Shown: positions 44,420-53,875, numbered from the stretch's first letter. The stretch: 64,000 nt of DNA from an uncultured Christensenella sp. (GCA_910577435.1 CAJTLV010000005.1:7080-71079), one strand, 5' to 3'. Program-made: numbers and translations. Notes: generated from the sequence alone by a model not told the origin.

Positions 44420-45387
44420 AGCGCCTTCTCCTCCATAATTTTAAGTACCAACTCGTCCATTACCGCTTGCGGAATGCAATTCGCCTCGTTGTGTCTTTTG
44501 GCAATGCGCACAAAGTCCGCACCGTTCGCCGCCGACAACGGCGTAAAACCGTCGCTCACGCCCGTTACGTCTCCCGACGGGAATACCGTTTCCGCGCCGA
44601 CGAGCGCGCGCGCAATATCGCAAAGCAGGTATTCCATAATGCCGAGCAGTGTAGCCACCTTGTCTCGCGTCAGCTTGTCGTACACTGCGGCGGTCTCCGC
44701 AAAACGTCGACTGCCCGACGCAAGCCGCAAAATATCGAGCGCGGCGGAATATAGCTTGGAAAAATCGCCGTCTCCGAGTATGCGCTCGGCAAGCCCGATA
44801 TTGCCGCGACTTGCCCGCGCCGCAAGCTCGTTTGCCGACTTGTCCTTATGCCGCAGATCCAACTCCCGACGCACAACGTCGACGGGGAACGGAGCAAGCC
44901 GCAACAGCCGACACCGAGATTCGACGGTAGGCAACATCGTCCCGCACGCACAAAGTATAAAGCATACGCGCGACGGCGGCTCTTCGAGCGATTTCAGCAG
45001 TTTGTTCTGACATATCTCGCTCATACTTTCCGCATTCTCGATTATATATATACGCTTACCAAGCTCGAACGGAGTAAGATACAGCGAATCTATTATCTCA
45101 CGCACGTCGTCGACGCTCACCATCGGCGGTTTGGATTTTTCGGCAGTTTTTTTCGACGAAGTTTTACTTCTCTGCGGATTGGGATAAACGATAATGTCCG
45201 CATGCTCTTCGAGCGCTTTTTCAAACGCGACGCCGCACAGCCGCGCCGCAACAAGCCGCGCCGTGAGCGCAAGTCCGTCGCCGTCCTCGCCGCTCAACAG
45301 GAACGACCCGCCGTCGCTCTGCGATATTCCCGTAACAATATCGAGCTTCCCGTAAAGCTCGGCGTATTTTGCAATCTCGGCGTTCAC
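44407..45387 (-). CDS. holB: DNA polymerase III subunit delta'
   Basis: ORF 44407..45477. I prefer the GTG at 45387 (GTGA overlap with the tmk stop). Clamp-loader-like SFLLSGEDG...IYIIENAESM...NKLLKSLEEPP motifs. Confidence 0.8.
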   Translation of the reverse strand: MNAEIAKYAELYGKLDIVTGISQSDGGSFLLSGEDGDGLALTARLVAARLCGVAFEKALEEHADIIVYPNPQRSKTSSKKTAEKSKPPMVSVDDVREIIDSLYLTPFELGKRIYIIENAESMSEICQNKLLKSLEEPPSRVCFILCACGTMLPTVESRCRLLRLAPFPVDVVRRELDLRHKDKSANELAARASRGNIGLAERILGDGDFSKLYSAALDILRLASGSRRFAETAAVYDKLTRDKVATLLGIMEYLLCDIARALVGAETVFPSGDVTGVSDGFTPLSAANGADFVRIAKRHNEANCIPQAVMDELVLKIMEEKALCRR

Positions 45388-46004
45388 AGTATTTTTTCCA
45401 CCGCCGCATAAATTTTCGCAGCCGTCCGTTCTTTCTCGCCGCTCGCGTCGATCGCGACTAGCTCGCCGGACTCGCACATAGCTTTGAACCCGCTGTAAAC
45501 CCTGCCGAAAAATTCGAGGTTTTCACGCTCCAAACGGTCGGTCTTATCCGCGCCGCCTTTGCGAGCGAACCCCGCTTCGGGAGCTATGTCTAGAAGCAAC
45601 GCCAAATCGACTTTAACCGGCGCTATCGTCGCGGCGTTTACCGCCCTTATGAAATCGAGATCGAGACCTCGTCCGTATCCCTGATATGCGAGCGTCGAGT
45701 ATATAAACCTGTCGCACACAACGACTCGCCCTCTTTCGAGCGCAGGTTCGACTATATACTTCAAATGATCGCGGCGCGCCGCCGAATACATATAAAGCTC
45801 GGTTATCGCGTCGGGAGAATAATGGGGATCGAGAATGAGCGTGCGCAGTTTCTCGCCCAACGGCGCACCGCCCGGCTCACGCGTGGCTATCGCATCGACG
45901 CCGTGCGAACGCAGTGCGTCGACGAGCAATGCGCTCTGCCTGCTCTTGCCGGCGCCCTCGATACCTTCCAAAACTATGAACTTGCCCGTTCTGCCGTTGC
46001 TCAT
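45384..46004 (-). CDS. tmk: thymidylate kinase
   Basis: 206 aa. P-loop LEGIEGAGKS and DRF/YSTLAYQG motifs. Confidence 0.95.
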   Translation of the reverse strand: MSNGRTGKFIVLEGIEGAGKSRQSALLVDALRSHGVDAIATREPGGAPLGEKLRTLILDPHYSPDAITELYMYSAARRDHLKYIVEPALERGRVVVCDRFIYSTLAYQGYGRGLDLDFIRAVNAATIAPVKVDLALLLDIAPEAGFARKGGADKTDRLERENLEFFGRVYSGFKAMCESGELVAIDASGEKERTAAKIYAAVEKIL

Positions 46005-47017
46005 TTCAGCTTCCTCAATCCGTTATCAAGCGCGGCGGCGAGCCGCGCGACGCCGCCCTCGCTGTCGGCGGCAGTGAATATAAACACTATGTGCCGTCCG
46101 TCGACCATTTCCGAATACACGCCACGTCTTATAAGCTCGTCGTTGAGCTTTTTCGCGTCCACGCCTTCCGCACCGCAGTCGAGAACAAGTCGCGTAAAAT
46201 CGTCGTTTTTCAAAAATGCGAAATCGCTTTTAATACTCTCTATCGGCGCATACAATGCGTCGTATGCCGCGCGTGTTTCGACGGCCGCCAATTTATCTAC
46301 CGCATACTCTATCGACGCATACAACAGATATGACGGGCTTGTAGACCCCATAACGTCGACCGCGTCGCCTAGCTTCGCCGAGTTTTCGTCCGATAAATTA
46401 TCGAACAGCAACGCGCTCTGCGTCAACGCAAAAAGCGTCTTGTGCGCCGATACGTTGCATATGTCGCAAGCTCCGGCAAAGCTCTTCGGCAAGTGCTCGG
46501 AAAAGCCGAAGTGCGCGCCGTGCGCGCCGTCGATAATAAACATCAAACCCTTGCGCTTGCAGTATTCGGCTATGCCGTTTACGTCGGCGCTATACCCGTA
46601 ATATGTGGGAGAAGTGATTATCACCGCTCCGATATCGGCGGTCAGTTTTTCATCGATCTGCTCTACGGTAAGCGGCCGCACGCCGCCGCGCTCGCCCGCC
46701 GTTACACATCGCTTGCCTGACAATATAAACCCGTCGAATACCGAACGGTGCGAATTGACGTCGACGACAGCGTTCGCTCCCGCATAAAACACGGCGGATT
46801 TTACGCCCTGCGAACTGCCCCCGCACAGAAACCGTGCGTGTCTTGCGCCGAATACTTCCGCCGCATACGCTTGGGCGCGGACGAGGTCGTCCGACGGAAA
46901 GCTGTCGTCGGTCAGTTCGGTAAGATCGACTTTGCTCAATGCGCCCTTGTGTCCGGGCGTGTGAAGTCTGAGCGGCTCGCTCGACGCGTAGCCTTGCATT
47001 TTTCGGTATAAGCTCAC
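46001..47017 (-). CDS. Orn/Lys/Arg decarboxylase-family PLP enzyme (short, YaaO-like)
   Basis: 338 aa. HTPGHKG and SAHKTL (PLP-lysine) motifs. Conserved position upstream of tmk in Firmicutes. Confidence 0.75.
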   Translation of the reverse strand: MSLYRKMQGYASSEPLRLHTPGHKGALSKVDLTELTDDSFPSDDLVRAQAYAAEVFGARHARFLCGGSSQGVKSAVFYAGANAVVDVNSHRSVFDGFILSGKRCVTAGERGGVRPLTVEQIDEKLTADIGAVIITSPTYYGYSADVNGIAEYCKRKGLMFIIDGAHGAHFGFSEHLPKSFAGACDICNVSAHKTLFALTQSALLFDNLSDENSAKLGDAVDVMGSTSPSYLLYASIEYAVDKLAAVETRAAYDALYAPIESIKSDFAFLKNDDFTRLVLDCGAEGVDAKKLNDELIRRGVYSEMVDGRHIVFIFTAADSEGGVARLAAALDNGLRKLK

Positions 47018-48504
47018 TTGCCCGTCTTAGGCTTCATCGTCGGGAACAGAATGACGTCGCGAATGGACGCGCTGTCGGTGAGCAGCATTATCATACGGTC
47101 GATGCCGATACCCAAGCCGCCGGTCGGCGGCATTGCGTATTCGAGCGCTTCGACGAAATCGTCATCGGCGGCTTGCGCATCCTCGTTGCCCTGCTTCGCC
47201 ATACTGCGCTGCATTTCGAAACGCTTCGCCTGATCGAGCGGATCGTTAAGCTCGGAATAGGCGTTGCCGCCCTCCCAGCCGTTGATGAAGAACTCGAAAC
47301 GGTATGTCAATCCGTCGTCCGACTTTTTGGCGAGCGGCGAAATTTCTATCGGGTATCCCGTTACGAACGTCGGCTGAACGAGCGTGCTTTCCACAAGTTT
47401 GTCGAACGCCGCGTACATACACTCGGCGGCATTCTTCTCGCCCTCGATCTCCACGCCCAAGCGTTTGAGTTCCGCGCGCGCCTTTTGGTCGGAGAGCGCC
47501 ATAAAATCGACGCCTACCGTCTCTTTGACTATATCGCGCATAGTGACGCGCCGCCACGGCGTGGAAATATCTATCTCACGTCCGCGATAGTTTATTTTAT
47601 TGCCAAGTCCCACAGCGCGCGCCGCAACCGTGTAAATGTCCTCGACTCGCTTCATCATATCGGTGTAGTCGCCGTAAGCCTGATACAGCTCCATCATCGT
47701 GAATTCGGGATTGTGTTTTATGTCCATTCCCTCGTTGCGGAAACACCTGCCGAGTTCGTATACGCGTTCCAAACCGCCGACGATCAGCCGCTTTAAGTAC
47801 AGTTCGGGTGCTATGCGCATATACATATCGAGGTCGAGCGTGTTATGGTGCGTTATGAACGGCCGCGCCGCCGCGCCGCCAGCAACGGTGTTTAGTATGG
47901 GCGTTTCCACCTCGATAAAACCGTCGTCGTCGAGATAGCGACGAACGGCGGAAATTATCTTGCCGCGTCCGATGAACGTATTCTTCACTTCGGGATTGGC
48001 TATCAAATCGAGATAGCGCTTACGGTAACGCAGATCGTTGTCTTTGAGACCGTGCCACTTTTCGGGAAGAGGCAAAAGCGCTTTGGATAACAGCGTAAGT
48101 TCGGTGACCGAAACGGATACTTCGCCGCGATGTGTGACGAACACCTCGCCCTTAACGCCGATTATATCGCCTATGTCGGTCTGCTTTTTGAAAAAGTCGT
48201 ATTTCTCTTCGCCGAGATTGTCGCGTTTGACGTAGATCTGTACCTGCCCCGACACGTCGAGAAGATGAGCGAAACTCGCCTTGCCCATTATGCGCTTGCT
48301 CATCAGTCTGCCGGCAACGGACACTGCCTTGCCGGTTTCGGGGTTCGAAGTAACGTCCGCCGCGTGCGCGGTGACGTCGAAACTCGTTATCTTATACGGA
48401 TCTTCGCCCTTTGCCGTGAGATCGGCGAGTTTGGCGAGACGCACTGCTTTAAGCGCGTCTATATCCTCTTCGGGCGTTGCCGCATTTTCGGGTATATCGT
48501 TCAT
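47014..48504 (-). CDS. lysS: lysine--tRNA ligase (class II)
   Basis: 496 aa. OB-fold N-domain and motifs FRNEGMDIKHNPEFTMME and GGLGIGIDR. Confidence 0.97.
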   Translation of the reverse strand: MNDIPENAATPEEDIDALKAVRLAKLADLTAKGEDPYKITSFDVTAHAADVTSNPETGKAVSVAGRLMSKRIMGKASFAHLLDVSGQVQIYVKRDNLGEEKYDFFKKQTDIGDIIGVKGEVFVTHRGEVSVSVTELTLLSKALLPLPEKWHGLKDNDLRYRKRYLDLIANPEVKNTFIGRGKIISAVRRYLDDDGFIEVETPILNTVAGGAAARPFITHHNTLDLDMYMRIAPELYLKRLIVGGLERVYELGRCFRNEGMDIKHNPEFTMMELYQAYGDYTDMMKRVEDIYTVAARAVGLGNKINYRGREIDISTPWRRVTMRDIVKETVGVDFMALSDQKARAELKRLGVEIEGEKNAAECMYAAFDKLVESTLVQPTFVTGYPIEISPLAKKSDDGLTYRFEFFINGWEGGNAYSELNDPLDQAKRFEMQRSMAKQGNEDAQAADDDFVEALEYAMPPTGGLGIGIDRMIMLLTDSASIRDVILFPTMKPKTGK

Positions 48505-48559
48505 AGCTGTCTCTCTTAAACGTAAAATTTCAGTGCCGTGATTACAGGAGATAAACCGG

Positions 48560-49315
48560 TCATCTCCTCATCGACTTTTTATCGACCGCGATCGAAAGTA
48601 TCTTGAACAGAAGATCACCGACCATTACGACGTCGTTCTCCTCTTTGTCGAGGAATGCCGATCCGACGCGCGACTCGTTCGAAATCTTGCCGTTAAGCGC
48701 GTCCGACTCGTGCGAGCCTACTATGGTATACGATTTCAGACCGGCGCACTTGGTCCTGTCTGCTTTTGCCCTCGCCTTGACTTTGAGCGAAAGCTCGTCC
48801 GCCGAAAAACCCTTGTCCAAAAGTTCTTCCTTTTTATAGCGCTTGCCGCCGAGAAGTTCCGAACCGGCAACCGCGTAATCTTCCGCCGTAAGCTCGCCGA
48901 GAATAGGACGGTTCTGTTTATTGGCGCGCATATCGTTGACCGACATACGGGTCAAAAATCCCTCTATAATGTCGGTGCGCGACAGTCCGCACTTTTCCAC
49001 TTCGGCAAGTCCGTCGGCTATGTCCGCTTCTATGACCTCTATCGTGCAGCCTACGGAAACGACGTCGTCGTTTATCGACTTCTCGTCGATTACCTTAGCA
49101 TACATCAGCTTTTCTTTGATCGCGTCGATCTCGTTTTGAAGTTTCGCCTGTTCGTCGCGCGCTATATCGTACTCGGCGTTTTCGGAAAGGTCGCCCTGTG
49201 CGCGAGCGGTAGCGATTTCCGCGACGATAGCGGGCATTTCCACCATTTTGATGTGTTCGAGCCGCTCTTCAAGCTCGCGCTTGCCCGCCGCAGTCATAAT
49301 ATATTCCTTAGGCAT
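48560..49315 (-). CDS. greA: transcription elongation factor GreA with a large insertion in the C-terminal domain
   Basis: 251 aa versus ~157 typical. N-terminal coiled coil with GDLSENAEYD. C-terminal domain halves VVSVGCTIEVIE and YTIVGSHESDALNGKISNESRVGSAFL are separated by ~95 extra residues. Confidence 0.8.
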   Translation of the reverse strand: MPKEYIMTAAGKRELEERLEHIKMVEMPAIVAEIATARAQGDLSENAEYDIARDEQAKLQNEIDAIKEKLMYAKVIDEKSINDDVVSVGCTIEVIEADIADGLAEVEKCGLSRTDIIEGFLTRMSVNDMRANKQNRPILGELTAEDYAVAGSELLGGKRYKKEELLDKGFSADELSLKVKARAKADRTKCAGLKSYTIVGSHESDALNGKISNESRVGSAFLDKEENDVVMVGDLLFKILSIAVDKKSMRR

Positions 49316-49497
49316 AATTATCTCCTTATAAATTTACTCGTTACATTATAAATCATACGTCCGCTCAAAGTCAAGCGAATTACCGCAAAAGAGACTTTGC
49401 GGCGGCACGGCATAATCCCTCAACACTCGGCATATTACGGCAATCCGCGACATATATTGGTAAAACCCGACAATCGGGCGGGCAAGGAGCTGAAATT

Positions 49498-49770
49498 ATG
49501 AACGATATAGATATTCGCGCCGTCGAATTAGGCAAATACATAGTCGAAAACGCCTGCACCGTCCGTGCCGCCGCCGCGCACTTCGACATAGGCAAGTCGA
49601 CCGTGCATAAGGACGTGACAGAACGGCTCGAAAAGATCGATCCGGAACTGTTCGACAGCGTGCGCAAGGTACTCGATTATAACCTGTCCGTCCGCCACCT
49701 TCGCGGCGGTGAAGCGACCCGCGCCCGCTGTGCCGAAAACAAAAAACACAGTCAGCGACCGCAAACGTAA
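49498..49770 (+). CDS. spoIIID: sporulation transcriptional regulator SpoIIID
   Basis: 90 aa. TVRAAAAHFDIGKSTVHKDVTERL...VRKVLDYNLSVRHLRGGEAT matches the SpoIIID HTH and basic region. Confidence 0.9.
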   Translation: MNDIDIRAVELGKYIVENACTVRAAAAHFDIGKSTVHKDVTERLEKIDPELFDSVRKVLDYNLSVRHLRGGEATRARCAENKKHSQRPQT

Positions 49771-49796
49771 AAAGCCGCGAAATTTTCACGGCTTTT
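49770..49796. terminator. bidirectional hairpin between spoIIID and the LRR gene
   Basis: AAAAGCCG-cgaaattttca-CGGCTTTT. Confidence 0.5.
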
Positions 49797-49813
49797 GCAT
49801 ACGAGCACTCTTA

Positions 49814-52800
49814 TCAGTCTCGGTCGTTATTGTTGCAATCCCATATTACCTTGCCTCCACCGGTATCACTACCCCAATTTTCGTCCCAGCCACTCGGTTT
49901 TCTCGCCGCCTCGCAATAAATAATAAGCGACTTACAATAGCGGAACGCGTAATTCCCGATATTTGTCACGTTGATCGGTATCTTTATGCTCGTTAACCCA
50001 ATGCAATATTGGAAGGCTTTCTCCTCGATACTCGTTACACTGTAATTTGCATTTTTGTACGTCACGACGGCAGGAATTTCCACGTTGCCGCTTAAATTGA
50101 TCGGCTGTCCTACAATCGTCGCTACGCCGTCTTTGAGCGAATAACGTAAACCGTCTATTACGGCATATTCGTAGCCGTTTTCATCCTTATTGTTATTCTT
50201 GCAATCCCATACTACCGGATAAAAACTATAAGGCGAAATCCATCCGTCATCCCAACCGCTCGGCTTTTCGGCAGCCTCGCAGTATATCGTGATTGAATTA
50301 TTGTTATAGAATCCATCTTTTTTGATACTCTCCACACTATTCGGTATCGTTACGCTTGTAAGAAAATCACTTGAAGAGAATGCCCCACTCTGAATACTCG
50401 TCACACTGTATTTCACGTTTTTATACGTCACCGTAGCGGGTATATTTGCCGTCGTTATATTCCTTGGTTGTCTTATTACAGTCGCTACGCCGTCTTTGAG
50501 CGAATAACGTAAACCGTCTATCACGGTGTATGCGTAGCCGTTTTCATCTTTATTGTTATTCTTGCAATCCCATACAACGGGACAGCCAAAGCTGCGCCAC
50601 TCAATACCATCCCAACTGCTCGGCTTTTCGGCAGCCTCGCAGTATATAGTTAGCGCGTAGCAGTCACTGAACACATAGTCACCCATACTCGTTACGCCGT
50701 CGGGTATCATTATTTGCGTTATCAAATCGCACCCAGAGAACGCTTTGTCACCTATACTTTCAATACCGCTTCCCATAGTTACGTTTGCAAGCATCTTGCA
50801 TTTATAAAACGCATACCTACCGATGGTCTTAATACTGTCGGACATTGTTATGCTTGTAAGAAAACCGCAATTCTCGAACGCATTGTCCGGAATGCTGTTT
50901 CCGCTTGTTATGACCACCGTCTTTAACGAGTTCTTGGGTATCGACGAAATCGCCGATGCGGGTATTTTCGCGCTCGTTATCGGGCACCCCGAAAACGCGT
51001 TCTCGCCTATGCTCGTCACGCTGTTCGGTATCGTGATCTTCGTTATGCCCGTCATGCTCGCAAAAGCGTTAGCGGGTATGCTTTTCAGCGTGTCGGCGAG
51101 CACTACACTTCCTTTAAGTCCCTTCGGCACGAGCACTATCTCCGTCATGTCGGCGTTGTACAGTATGCCCTTATATACCGAAATGCCGCTGTTCCCCGAC
51201 GTGCACGTTATCGAGTCTATCTCGCACAGGTCGAACGCCCCGTCGGCTATACCGGTCACTTCGTAAGTCGTATCGCCGTACTCCACGCTCGCGGGGATCT
51301 TTATCGTAGTAAGAACCGACGACTGTTTAGCCACCGTCGCTTTGCCGTCTTTGAGCGCGTAGCGTATGCCGTTCACAACGGCGTAGATATATCCGTCGTT
51401 CGCGACGTCGTTATTCCTACTGTCGTATATTACGGGAACTCCGTCATAGCTCCACCCGCATTCCGCTCTCGTCTTATCCGTTTCGAGCACTATCGCGCAA
51501 CCGTCGAACGCGCCCCGTCCGATTTCCGTCACTTTATTAGGTATCTTTACTTTCGTCAAGTTACCGCAATTCTCGAATGCGCGCGCGCCTATCGTCGTAA
51601 GGCTGTCGGGCAACCATACGTATTCGAGCGACATGCAGTTCTTAAACGCGTCGGCGGCTATCTCCGTGCCGCTTATCAGTTCTACGTTGCGCAGTTTGTC
51701 GTTCGCTATATGCTTTGCCGCATATGCGGGGATCTCCGCCTGTTCTATCTTACAGTCCTCGAACGCGCCGTCGGCTATCTCCGTCACGGTCTCCGGTATT
51801 TGCAAAGACGCTATATCCATTCCCGTGAACATACCGCTCGATATGCTCTTCACGCCGCTCGGTATCGTGAGATACCGAGTTTTCTTTACCGACGGATTCA
51901 TCCACAGTATGCTTCCGTTCTTCTTATACAGTATCGCGCCCGTACTCGCATACGCACCGTTGTTGACCGCTACGGTAACGGTCATAATGTTATCGCAACC
52001 GTCTATGAATCCGTCGCCTATCTCCGTCACATCCCGTTCGATCGTCAGATACCGCAAGCCCTTAAAGTCCTTGAACGCGTTCACCGCTATCTTCGTCACG
52101 CCTTTTGGCACTTCGAGCATGCCTATACCGTCGGCGCTCGCAACGCCCGTAACGGTGTTCCCGCTCGTCGTGAGCGTTCCCGCCAACCGTATCCAGTGCG
52201 CCGTCTCTTTCAGTTTTCTCGCCGTCGCCGCGCCGGACAAATTCGCCGTCGTCACCGTCTCGGCGGGATCGTCCGTCCTGAGCGCGTACGCTTTCCACGT
52301 CGCGTTGCTCGCGAATGTAACGCTCGAAAGCGCGGGCTGGTCGCCGAAACACCCTCTGCCTATGTACCACGTCGTTTCGGGGATAGTCACGCTCGCAAGC
52401 GCGCCGTCCTCGTTGATCACGCTGTTTCCGCCGAACGCACTCGCGCCTAAGTATTCCGCAGACCGCAAATTTATATTCGCAAGCGAATAACACCCGTCGA
52501 ACGCCTCGTTCGATACCGTCTTCGTCCCGCCGAGATCGAGTTTCGTCATTGCGTTGCAGGCGCGGAACGCCCTGTACCCGACGCTCTTCAAGCTGTCCGG
52601 CAGTTTAAGTTCGGTCACGTTTATGCTCTCGAACGCGCTCTCGCCTATGCTATCGAGCGTCGACTCTTGCGCGAACGTGAGAGTCTCTATGTTGTTCCAT
52701 AAGAACGCGCTCTCGCCTATGGTTTTAACGTTCTTGCCGATCGTGACGCTCTCGATCGTCTTGCAACCGTAGAACGCCCAGCGATTGACCGTTTCGGCGT

Positions 52801-53701
52801 TGACCGTTATATCCGTCACCGCTCTGCCGTTTATGTACAGCTCCGCTTTCCCGTTCGAGAGAGGGTTCGCCTTTTTGTCGGACGAGCAGTCCATTTCTAT
52901 ACCGCACCATTTGTCTATGCTCCCCGCATATTTCACTTCGAGAAGCGACCGCATTCCATCCGTTCCGAACGCGTCGTAATTTATCTTTTTAAGCGAATTG
53001 GGCAAGCCTAACTCCACAAGCGCCGCACAGTCGCAGAAAGCCTCGCTCGGTATCTCCGTAACGCCCTCGCCTATGGTCACACTCTCCAGCTTGGTCGCAT
53101 TCTTGAACGCTCCCGTACCTATCTCCGTCACGCTGTCCGGAATGATTATTCCCGTAAGCGACCGCGAGTTTTTGAACGCGTCATTCGCAATAGCCGTCAC
53201 GGGCTTGCCGTTGTGCGTTTCGGGCACTTCCACGTCGCCGCTGAGCCCGCCTATGCCGCGCACTATATACCCGCTTCCGTCGTCCATTCGCGCAAAGTCG
53301 AAACTCACCGCCCACACCGCATAAAGCGTCGTGTCGCCCTCCAACTCGTCGCTTTCGAAGTTCCACAGCGCTTCGCCGTCCGTATCCTTCGCCCATCCGC
53401 TGAACGCATACTGCGCACGCTCGGGCATTCTCAACGGCTCGTCGAGCTCTTTTGCCGTGACGGTATACGTCGCCGTCTTTCCGTCCGACGATATGACCGC
53501 GCCGTCGTCGACGGTCTCGCCTTCTATCTCTATCTCGGCGTCGAACTTGCCGCCGTTCGCGTCGAACACCACCGTGTACGTCACGCCCGTCGGTTCGTCG
53601 GGCGGATCGTCGCTCTTGTCCCTGTTGCACGCCGCCATACATAGCGTGCTCGCCAGTGCGCCTAACAGCGCAGTCACCGTTACGATGAACTTCTTTTTCA
53701 T
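49814..53701 (-). CDS. giant surface lipoprotein with BspA-type leucine-rich repeats (LRR_5) and an N-terminal Listeria-Bacteroides repeat
   Basis: 1295 aa. MKKKFIVTVTALLGALASTLCMAAC lipobox. YTVVFDANGGKF...FSGWAKD repeat. Dozens of IP.SVT.IG..AF..C..L units. C-terminal modules are repeated. Confidence 0.85.
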   Translation of the reverse strand: MKKKFIVTVTALLGALASTLCMAACNRDKSDDPPDEPTGVTYTVVFDANGGKFDAEIEIEGETVDDGAVISSDGKTATYTVTAKELDEPLRMPERAQYAFSGWAKDTDGEALWNFESDELEGDTTLYAVWAVSFDFARMDDGSGYIVRGIGGLSGDVEVPETHNGKPVTAIANDAFKNSRSLTGIIIPDSVTEIGTGAFKNATKLESVTIGEGVTEIPSEAFCDCAALVELGLPNSLKKINYDAFGTDGMRSLLEVKYAGSIDKWCGIEMDCSSDKKANPLSNGKAELYINGRAVTDITVNAETVNRWAFYGCKTIESVTIGKNVKTIGESAFLWNNIETLTFAQESTLDSIGESAFESINVTELKLPDSLKSVGYRAFRACNAMTKLDLGGTKTVSNEAFDGCYSLANINLRSAEYLGASAFGGNSVINEDGALASVTIPETTWYIGRGCFGDQPALSSVTFASNATWKAYALRTDDPAETVTTANLSGAATARKLKETAHWIRLAGTLTTSGNTVTGVASADGIGMLEVPKGVTKIAVNAFKDFKGLRYLTIERDVTEIGDGFIDGCDNIMTVTVAVNNGAYASTGAILYKKNGSILWMNPSVKKTRYLTIPSGVKSISSGMFTGMDIASLQIPETVTEIADGAFEDCKIEQAEIPAYAAKHIANDKLRNVELISGTEIAADAFKNCMSLEYVWLPDSLTTIGARAFENCGNLTKVKIPNKVTEIGRGAFDGCAIVLETDKTRAECGWSYDGVPVIYDSRNNDVANDGYIYAVVNGIRYALKDGKATVAKQSSVLTTIKIPASVEYGDTTYEVTGIADGAFDLCEIDSITCTSGNSGISVYKGILYNADMTEIVLVPKGLKGSVVLADTLKSIPANAFASMTGITKITIPNSVTSIGENAFSGCPITSAKIPASAISSIPKNSLKTVVITSGNSIPDNAFENCGFLTSITMSDSIKTIGRYAFYKCKMLANVTMGSGIESIGDKAFSGCDLITQIMIPDGVTSMGDYVFSDCYALTIYCEAAEKPSSWDGIEWRSFGCPVVWDCKNNNKDENGYAYTVIDGLRYSLKDGVATVIRQPRNITTANIPATVTYKNVKYSVTSIQSGAFSSSDFLTSVTIPNSVESIKKDGFYNNNSITIYCEAAEKPSGWDDGWISPYSFYPVVWDCKNNNKDENGYEYAVIDGLRYSLKDGVATIVGQPINLSGNVEIPAVVTYKNANYSVTSIEEKAFQYCIGLTSIKIPINVTNIGNYAFRYCKSLIIYCEAARKPSGWDENWGSDTGGGKVIWDCNNNDRD
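50118..50575 (-). repeat. intragenic tandem repeat, period 363 nt (121 codons)
   Basis: The 95-nt blocks at 50118-50212 and 50481-50575 are ~94% identical (GTCGCTACGCCGTCTTTGAGCGAATAACGTAAACCGTCTAT...CTTGCAATCCCATAC). A more diverged third unit lies nearer the 3' end. They encode the VVWDCKNNNKDENGY.Y.VIDGLRYSLKDGVAT modules. Confidence 0.8.
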
Positions 53702-53735
53702 ATCCTACTTTCTCCTTTTATTAAACGGAACCGAC

Positions 53736-53875
53736 GACTGAGTGACGCGAGCAAAATTGCGTCGGCGATTTGCGTGAGACGAAATACAATATAACCCGCT
53801 CGTAGCGGCGCTACGTGTGGGTTATATTGTGGCGCGTATTCGCGTAAATCGACAGCAAGGTTGCCGCACGAACTT
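53736..53875 (-). repeat. structured intergenic element, copy 1 (homologous to 58143..58281), in the 5' leader of the LRR gene
   Basis: Blocks shared with copy 2 (plus-strand reading): GACTnAGTGACGCG, ATTGCGT, CGTGA, TACAAT, CGTAGC, CTACGTG, TCGCGnAAATnnACAGCAAG, GCACGAACT. The central hairpin has a 12-bp outer stem (ACAATATAACCC/GGGTTATATTGT) and an inner CGTAGC/GCTACG stem. Strand is inferred from context only. Confidence 0.5.
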
